Positions 55,120 through 64,000 of a stretch of DNA of 64,000 bases are shown in pieces (position 1 is the first letter of the stretch; each line of letters opens with the position of its first letter). The DNA comes from Chrysomallon squamiferum (taxonomy: Eukaryota; Animalia; Mollusca): positions 7,626,001-7,690,000 of the forward strand of contig CM022672.1 of NCBI GenBank assembly GCA_012295275.1, given 5' to 3'. The translations under genes and the position numbers were made by a program. The notes beneath the pieces were generated by a model, which saw only the letters and a list, made by a program, of their open reading frames with translations, did not search any database and was not told where the DNA came from.

Positions 55120-55581
55120 ATTCAGTTTAACATATCAATGTATTCATGTTTTATAAACAAGGTCCCCAAATTAAACTGTTAAAGCAACTGATAAATACTT
55201 GATGCCGGAAATAAACAGAGTATCAAGGCCAGTAACTCTTTCGCGATTTATTATGGACAAGATTATAGAGAGCACATTGCTATGGTCACTATTTATTTTA
55301 TTTTGGTTTGTTAACTTATTTTATTTTATTTATTTATTTATTTATTTATTTATTATTATTATTATTATTAAAAAGTAAGGGTATGTGTGTGTGTTAAATA
55401 TAACCTGTATAGAGACTGAAATATGTCTACGTCTCTATCTTTTAGATAACTTTACCATAAAATCATCTCAAAAATACATTTCAGTTTTTAATTCATTAGC
55501 TATGGCATTACATGAAAACTGTATCTGCACCTTTCTATTACTTATTTATACTTGGTTTATAATTTGATCAAAATAAATTAC

Positions 55582-55630
<49 letters not shown>

Positions 55631-57272
55631 TTATTTATTTATTTATTTCCTTATTATTTTTTATTATTATTATTTTTGTTTTGTTTTTCGTTGTATGTAG
55701 TTAGAGGTATGTAATCTTGCAGCTTACAGCACTGTATTTTTTGACGTAATAATTTATGCAATTGGTTTTAGAGTTTGGTCATCCAGTACTTCTCACGCAT
55801 GATAAACAATGATAGATAATGCATCTACGAATGTTCGTTTTTCACTACCCAAGAATGGCTTGTACTTTTTTAACAGAAAGTGCTCTGTGGCGTCCTTAAA
55901 GTATACGTATCATACCTGCCAAACCTTACTTGTACGACTGAATACAACCACTACTACTATTACTACTGTTATTAAAATTTAGGAGATTCAGTCTTGATCT
56001 CATCCGCCATAAGTCATACTGAGGTATTTCAAACTGTCAGTTTTTAATTGAACTCCATATTCGTGTCATGTAATGTGAAGGATTTTAATAATTTATCAAT
56101 TTCATAAAGCTATGTTTACTTTTTGTCTTTACTCAAAAATGTTATAAATGATTGCTGAAGGTCTTTCGCCAGCGAAAATTCCACATAGTGTGTCGCTCTT
56201 TAAACCAGATCTAGGATCTAGGATACTGAAATTAGTAAAAATCGAAAAGTTGCTCTTGAATTCCCACAAACGTATTCCACTGGTGCTGAAAACTGCTGTT
56301 TGTTATAAAACAATATCAGTTACTAAGCCTACTAAAATAGTATTACTATTACAACAATTATTACTATTGTTATTATTAGTATTGAAATCATTATAATGAT
56401 TTCCGTAAAACAATGAACAAATGACAAACTGCACACACATTTATTATCATTCGTTTATTATTATTCCATTCTATTTCATAAAATTTTTGTCCATACTCCG
56501 ATATAATAACCAAAATTTTGCAATGTCATGTTTATATTATTATAGAATTCTCAGTTATTTTTTTATGTATAATTAATAAGGAGGTGTGTTTTGTAAACAA
56601 AAGACTCTACAACCAGGTAATCTCTGATTTTGCCATTCCATACTTGTAATCTCGTCTTTTTGGGGTACACGTACATGTGTAGTGTTCGTATGTCTGTGTG
56701 TCTTTGAAAGATACATAATATATCTTAAAAAATGATACGATTACTGTTTGACAATTCGCTACAAAGTCATATTAACAGAAAGAGATTGAAGTCGAGCATT
56801 TTGAGGTTCGTTCTAAATTTATTACTAATAAAATTACATGTTTAACATTTTAAACTGTTTTCTTGAGTTAAAACAGTCCTTTTGTTTGTTGAGAAAATCA
56901 TGAGAAACTCTTTAGAAAATGTTCAAATACAGACTATAACTTTAGATTTTTACTTTTTTTGAAAATTAAAACTATTATTATAACAACTAAATAGTTAAAA
57001 ATGATAATTTATGTTTATTAATGAATGTCATTAAACATTTTCATTAAACAAAAATCTGTAGGTCTGTATGTAGTTATGTGTGTGTGTGTGTGTGCGCGTG
57101 AAGATGACTATACTACAATAAAAGTTCTACAAAAAAAAAAAAAAAAAAAAAAGAGAATAAACAATAATAATAATAATAATAATAAAAAAAATGAAAATAT
57201 TAATATAATAAAAATAATATTTTCTTAACCAGTTAGGTTTGTTTGTGTGAGATGGAATTCAACGCGATGATG

Positions 57273-57766
57273 TCAGAGTGTATTAGCACCCTGTGATATT
57301 AGGTTCACACGAAACGCTGATTTCCTGAACATCTCACATATGCGCACCCGATCCATTTCTACCTGGAAAAATATATATAGACATGAAAATTTAGAGATAT
57401 CAACAACGACACGATATTAATAATAGCAACATGACACTAACAACAACAACAACAACACACTACTACTGCTACTAATAGTAATAATAATTATAATGACGGT
57501 AATAATAATAATCATCATAACAATAATAATCATAATAATCATAATAATAATAATAAAATAACCGTAAATAAAACGATAACAACAACATCATCATCATCAA
57601 CTTCATCATCACCCTTATCAGTTAATAATAATTATAACAGTAATAGTAATAATAATACTAGTACCCAGTCTATAATAAATATGATAGAGCACCTCCCTAC
57701 AAAGAAAACCAAACTAAAATGTTCCCTTGATTATTTCATATGGAATGTCTTTTGTTATTTTGTAAG

Positions 57767-57801
<35 letters not shown>

Positions 57802-58347
57802 AAGAGAGAGAGAATATATGTTAACCTAAATTATTTATTTTCATAGCCCCCACACTTCAAATAAACAACACCCACAAAACTCCCTTGTTACTACCCAGCA
57901 AATAAATTATCTTTCTCCTATTTTTGCACAAATGCGTCAAGTTAGATTCATTCTGACAAGATAGGAAGTAAATTCGCCGTCACTGACTGCATGTTAAACA
58001 ATTACAAACAGTAAGCGATGTGTTAGATTTCTTAATTTATCGAATCTCGCTTAATAATGAAACTCTCGGGTTTTTAAGAAGGAAAAACCAGCAACAACAG
58101 TATGGCATAAATGAGAAAAAGCCGTCATCTGGGAGGATACTGTTCTACTAATTTGGTTTGGAAGATTAGCTTATGACATTTTTAGAAAGTTAAATTGGTC
58201 CTCAAGTAGGACCCTCAAGAAATCAATGTCATCTCCATGTGTTGAAATTCCTTACTCAATCCCATATGTTAAAATGATGATTATAATCATATTTTCTTCT
58301 TTTTTTTTCTTTTTTTTTTTTTTTTCATTCAAAAAAAAAAAATAAAA

Positions 58348-58378
<31 letters not shown>

Positions 58379-59038
58379 AACCAAAATAAATAAATATAAT
58401 AAAAATAAAATAAAATAAATAAATAATAAATAAATAAATGTATGTTTGTGTTTGTGTGTGTGCGTGTGTGTTTGGAGGTGTAAAAAAAAAAAAAAAAAAA
58501 AAAAACCCGCTAAAATACATCACAATTAAAGTGAACCAATGAAACTTTCACAAAGTCTCTGCAGTTACTCATTTTGTCAATACCTAAGTGTGCGGATGTA
58601 TATGAGTCCCTGTTAAGTTGTTGTCTGTTCAAGCATCTTTAGATACGCTGGTTAAACAGTGAACTTAAGAATGGCAGTTGCTCGTGTCATGTCTCGGTGG
58701 CGCATCCTACCCACATCAAATTTCGCCTCTGATTCTGTAACGCAAAGCACGCAGACAGCTGACGATGATTCTCAGTGTTGTACTGACGACAGAGGTGTTT
58801 TTAAACTTCACTGTATGTGATGTCGTTTCAAATAACTAAGTCACTGGTTTATTCGAAAGGATAACACTTTGAAAGAATTCTTAGTTTTATTCTGCTACAG
58901 ATTTTGTATTACTAAAATTCCAGTCTTTAAGTCATCTTTTGATCGCATCAATTTAAAACAAGTTTATTTATGAACTTTACTAAACACAGTTAACATCTGG
59001 TGATGATGGTGACAGCAGAAGAAACAAAAAACAGTACG

Positions 59039-59076
<38 letters not shown>

Positions 59077-61005
59077 GTATAACAATCAAAGAAGCAAATA
59101 AATAAATAAATAAATAAAGAGAAATCATGTAGTTATTTAAGGCGGAAAAATAGAATTAATAATGCAAGTGAATTACACGGTACATCTCAAAAAATATTTG
59201 AATCAAATAGTTTAACAAATCATCTTCTCTTTATTTGTCCTAATGAAGCATCGTACCAACCTTTTTTAACAATAAAATCAGATTTATTACGCTGGTGTTT
59301 GGTCTGCAAATCAATCTTGTATCAGACGATCGTTTTCCCGGTCCTGCACCTGCTCCTCCCCATCCATTACTTTGTGTCCACTGCGCACGACACGGATCTG
59401 ATCCCATGAGAACACTAAGACAGGCATATAAACTTATGAGGATTGCAAATCGAACCACTGTTACTGAAATAGTAAACAAAAACGATAGATAAATGTATAA
59501 TTGTTTCGTTTTATCAGTGTTACATGCCATAAATATAAAATACATGTACATGTACATAAAATAATACAATAACAATAGAAAATCCTAGTACCACTATTTT
59601 GTGTGTCGACCATTTATATTTCTTCTCAAATCTGCCATACATTTTATTACCGATATCACAAATATAAATTACCTTGGAAGAACTTTTTGTCAAAAATATT
59701 TTTAAGTTAAAAGAAATTAAGATTGAAGGTGTAGAATCACGAACAGATGGCACGCAATGGCTGCCCAATAACGTCACGTTTTGTAGTCATTTTGTGTTAC
59801 AACAATATCGTCCATAAACACGTTAAAAAGAAATGAACCTCCAGTTTGGTATTTTCTTCAGAATTAACAATAATAATTTAATGAAAATATGTCGTTGAAA
59901 TGAAATCTGCTTGTTTTTAAACGTCAGAAATACTTGAGTATCATGGGCAAATTTTAAATTAACTATTGCTTTTGGATTTCGAGCTTACAAACTGAATTTG
60001 TTTTGCAACACACACTGTGTGTGTGAATACACACATGCGTACTGCGTATATTTTTTCTTTTCGTAATATGATGTAACAATGTTAGGAAGCAATTAATATA
60101 CTTTTATGAATGTAAACGTGAATGTGTTACTTCGTATTGAAACAGTGTCACTAATCGCCATGTTTCTATAATAATTTCAGTTAAAACGCTCAAAACGTAT
60201 CAACGATTTTGTTTCAGACAAAAGTTTGCATTTTTAATTTCAGTCTTTTAAAGACTGATTTTTCTTTCTTTCTAAACTAACAAATTTAAAAGAAAATGGA
60301 GAAAAATAGGCAAGAGAGAAACAGAAATGGAGAAAGTCAGGTAAATTGATACAGCTAAATAGTCAGACACACACACACATACATAATAGTTGTATCAACA
60401 TTAACATACACACAGATACACACATGCCATGGCCATAACTAGACTCTTTGAAATTAGGCAAAAACACTTAATCGCCCAGCGCAGCGGAGTAAAAACATTC
60501 GGCGAGAGCTCTGGGGATCGTCTAAGGTTCCCAGAATTCCGACTTGAAAGATGCAAAGTGCTCGATTCTAGCCACTTTCTGGCATCTTTTCCCTAGTTCA
60601 GTAATCATACCTTTTTATGATTTAATCTTTGTGTATATATATATAAATAGTAATAATAATAATTTTAAAAAAAAAAATCGTCAATTTCGGTATGAGGCAT
60701 GCATACATACATTATTTACCGAAAAAAAGAAAAAAAAAAAAAAAAAAAAAAGAAAGAAAAAGAAAGTCGAGTACTACCACAAAAGGCAATACACCCAAAT
60801 TTGACGTCGGTTAGTAATCTTTATGATAATGAGCTTTTGTACAAAAAGTACCACTGATTATTATAATCTGCTTGTAATTAATCTTCAACGAGTGCATCAT
60901 TTTTCTTTTATTCACAGCTTCATTCTTTATTTCGAATGTAATAATCCACACACGCCTTCTCCTCCTTTAAGGAAGCTATTTCATTATATTATATACTGAC
61001 CGTTT

Positions 61006-61081
<76 letters not shown>

Positions 61082-61291
61082 AATATAATAATAATAATAA
61101 TAATAAAACAAAAAAATAAAGACACGAAAACAGTATTCAAGAGAGATACATCTTGATGAAGTACATAAATAAATTGAATCGAAATATAGGTTTTTAATTA
61201 ATTTTTTTATTTTTTAACTGCGACCTAAAATTTAGATAAACAATTTTAAATCACTTGGTTTTAAAATATCTACAAGTCAGTACTTACCCAT
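57273..61291 (-). CDS. Neuropeptide precursor of the GnRH/AKH/corazonin superfamily, 98 aa; predicted peptide pQWTQSNGWGGAGAGP-amide
   Basis: Exons 61291-61288 (ATG G|gtaagt), 59463-59261 (atttcag|...AAG|gttggt) and 57362-57273 (ttttccag|...TGA) join in frame: MVTVVRFAILISLYACLSVLMGSDPCRA-QWTQSNGWGGAGAGP-GKR-SSDTRLICRPNTSVINLILLLKK|VEMDRVRICEMFRKSAFRVNLISQGANTL*. Confidence 0.85.
60427..60720 (+). mobile_element. Non-autonomous dispersed element (MITE-like), copy 1
   Basis: Shares CATGGCC(A/G)TAACTA...TTTGAAA..AGGCAAAAACA.TTAATCGCC..AGCGGAGTAAAA...TCTGGGGA.CG and a downstream AATTTCGGTAT.AG.CAT block with the copy at 61598; no coding capacity. Confidence 0.55.
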
Positions 61292-61597
61292 AGCGCAATT
61301 CGTTTTCAGATGGCAAGCTTCCTGTAAAGGCAATAGTACGGTCCGATTGGTTTGCAGCTGAATTATCAGATCAAATGGCGTTTTTATTTGTTTATACCAA
61401 CGAATCTATTTATGTCACCGTATCACAGTCAGCTTTTAATAATTAATATATATTTCGGTAAGCTATTCGTTCCTACGCGAATAAGCAAATTGAGACAACC
61501 TTTATTTGGTTATAAATCAATAGAAGGTGTCTGATTCGCATAACAGGAAACATTAATTGTGTAAGACACGACATTTTCAGTAGAAATAAATCACTTA

Positions 61598-61875
61598 CAT
61601 GGCCGTAACTATCCTCTTTTTGAAACGAGGCAAAAACAGTTAATCGCCGAGCGGAGTAAAACAATTTGGGCCAGGGGTCTGGGGACCGCCCAACTCTTTC
61701 ATCGAAACAATGTCGGTAACTGTAGACATAAACGAATTCATTCAGTGGATATCGTTTCTATCGGAATAGAAATTTTTATATTTTATATTTTTATATAAAA
61801 TCTTTGTATAAAAAAAAGAAGAAATGAAAAATTTCGGTATCAGACATACTTACAGAAAACACAGCGCCCGTCCAG
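61598..61875 (+). mobile_element. Non-autonomous dispersed element (MITE-like), copy 2
   Basis: Second diverged direct copy of the element at 60427. Confidence 0.55.
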
Positions 61876-62301
61876 AAAAACATTTAGAACTCGGTTTGTT
61901 ATTGCTAAATTTGGTCTTGTTGATATTCATTCATTCATTGCTAATGTTCAAGACATGGTTCGTAAATTGAAATAAGACATTTTTTCTTGGACTTTGGCTA
62001 AAATTTGCTGCTTTGCGTTAGAAAAGATACAAAAGAAATCATGACTTCATGAATAACACCATGTGGTTTTTTTTAACTTGTCAGAGGAACCAATTTTATC
62101 TTACTGATGACCACGATATCGGCTAACGTTGGCATGTATTTATCAACTCGGTCATTCATGGGGCCTCAGCTGGAAGTAGTTTTAGAAAAGCAGATTTTAT
62201 TTGTATTTTTAGATGTTTATAAACAGGTTGATGACTGAATCATACCGCTAATTTCTCAGTTTATTATATAAATATTAAAATGTAACATGAATGTCTTAAA
62301 A

Positions 62302-62332
<31 letters not shown>

Positions 62333-63048
62333 CAAAAACTTAATGCCTTCCTATAGTATAATATAAAATAAACTCTTATCGTGGTGATTAAAAAGAACAA
62401 ACTGATTTTATTTATTTGATATTATATATGTTCTAGTGTCAGAAAAACAAAACAGCAAAATTCCGTATAATACTGTTTATTGATAATTTCTCTTTTTTTT
62501 TTTTTATCAACAATTTGCCATAAAGAAGTCTATTTCATTTATTGATTAAAAATAATTTCGTCTTAAAAAGTTGAATACCTGTGTACTTTTAATCTAATGG
62601 ATCTTTTTGTTTTCCTGGCTCTAAGGCCAGATTGGTGCTTGTTCAGGAAGGGGTAAATAAAAAATATAGAAGAAAAGCGGGAAGTTTGTAATACGTCATT
62701 TCCTTGCAGTGGACGAGACTTAGTATTTCTTAGTGAGGTTGGGAAAACTGTTCCCAGTAGCTTAATTAGAAAATGTCAACATACACAATGAATCTCAGTT
62801 GATAAAGATATTCCAGGTTATAATGAATGAATATGTTTCAAATAGCAAAATAAATAAAATTAAACCTGAGTTTAATATTTGTGTGATTGTGTGCTATCAA
62901 TGTATCATTTTAGTTTTTAGTTTAAACTGTGTGATACATGTAACACTGATAATTTATTTTAATATTCGGGGTAGTAACTTTCAGACTTTGCACTTATAGT
63001 TGGTAGTAAAATATAAATATGTTTTTGTAGAAAGAATGAACAACTCAC

Positions 63049-63161
63049 AGGTGTAAATAATTGAATTTTAAGAATATTTTGCTCTTAGTTTACATGTTTA
63101 TTTTTAACTGGAACGCGGTGCTGATTTAAACTGATGTGTAATCTAATACATTATTATTATA
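63049..63161 (-). promoter_or_regulatory. Candidate TATA + Inr promoter and non-coding first exon of the neuropeptide gene
   Basis: Minus strand: TATAATAA starting at 63161, Inr TCAGTT with +1 at 63132 (29 nt downstream), then an 84-nt exon ending in CCT|gtgagt at 63049. A matching acceptor cctttacag sits at 61322, just before the ATG exon. Confidence 0.5.
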
Positions 63162-63635
63162 CAGTAGCGTGATTGTATTTTGAGGACTTTAAAGCATGAA
63201 CTGTAAAACAAAAAAAAAATCTCATATTCATTTCCGTCTATTGTAATACTGACAAAACTTACAAATATGAAGAAATAAACATTCATAGATAAATAGATTG
63301 ATGGATATATATGATTGAGATATATATTAATGAAACTATTTTTATTGTCTCTTTTTTTTTTTTTTTTTTTATCGGGTTATACACTAATTTTATTTATATT
63401 CTGTTAGGAGCATAAGCTGAAATTGTTTGTTTTAGGAGAATGTGGTAGTTCATCACAAAAGAAGCTAGATTTAAGTTATATAATTCATTCCTGAGTATAA
63501 CCTAATAAGAAGAAAAGAATCAAAATTATGCTTCCTTTTTTTAAGCTAAATACCTCTTTACATATAAGTATAAAAATTTACTTTTTCCCTTTAAATCAGA
63601 TTCAGATTCCCTATGGTTGTCAAGGGTGAAGCTGA

Positions 63636-63995
63636 TGCAGACCATGGAAACCAATAAATCAGTCAATAAGTGGAATTAGTAGAAAGGTTTTAGAAGACGA
63701 CATAGCTGTAATCCAGTTAGAAGGAATTCCAGATAAGATTTATCTCGGACAAATAGCTACTGGCTTTGAAAAATGGAAACCTGCAGAAAATTGCCAACCA
63801 GAGGACAAAAACAAATGGAAAGATTTTTCTCCACAGAAATCACAAAATTTGGTCTGCATTGTGGATACTGATACATTAACAACAATGAAGGAGACAAGTA
63901 GCTGTGAAGAACAAAGTGAAAATATATTAGTTGAAAAAGTTGACTATGTTTATTCTAATAAAGAAAGTATTTATCAGAAACCAGTCCTTTCTTGA
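63636..63995 (+). other. 119-codon stop-free frame of unknown origin (coding exon, pseudogene or TE fragment)
   Basis: Open frame CRPWKPINQSISGISRKVLEDDIAVIQLEGIPDKIYLGQIATGFEKWKP...QKPVLS*; purine-rich, coding-like composition; no early ATG and no recognisable family. Confidence 0.3.
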
Positions 63996-64000
63996 AGATG

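Noticed and set aside
58670-58820. 49-codon + strand ORF (MAVARVMSRWRILPTS...) or a miRNA hairpin in the neuropeptide intron
   Set aside because: No recognisable motif and only a 5-bp stem (TCAGT...ACTGA); more likely a regulatory or repeat-derived island.
59240-59575. The 111-aa ORF-track protein as an unspliced gene
   Set aside because: Its ends are intronic; the real coding part is 59463-59261, bounded by atttcag and gttggt. The overlapping + strand ORF 59295-59492 is an antisense shadow.

Overview
AT-rich, microsatellite-dense eukaryotic (animal) genomic DNA with GT-AG introns. The gene content suggests a lophotrochozoan, probably a mollusc (inference). Reading splice sites by hand gives four multi-exon genes. 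(1) + strand 2586-15028: a ~975-aa secreted protein (signal peptide, mucin-like region, three Cys-rich F5/8-type-C/discoidin domains, a LamG-like domain, an EGF domain, C-terminal G-RRKRR). (2) + strand 18447-46581: a TACC (transforming acidic coiled-coil) gene with an apparent 1-nt frameshift in its first coding exon, several candidate internal first exons (one giving a myristoylation-type MGNQSS start), a cassette exon, a microexon, and a 75-bp minisatellite made from an exon/intron junction. (3) - strand 52241-55119: a 241-aa phospholipid scramblase. (4) - strand 57273-61291: a 98-aa neuropeptide precursor that the ORF track does not show as a whole. It has a signal peptide, pQWTQSNGWGGAGAGP-GKR and a two-Cys associated peptide, i.e. 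an atypical member of the GnRH/AKH/corazonin superfamily; this is the most interesting item. All gene models were built by eye; no database searches or predictors were run.
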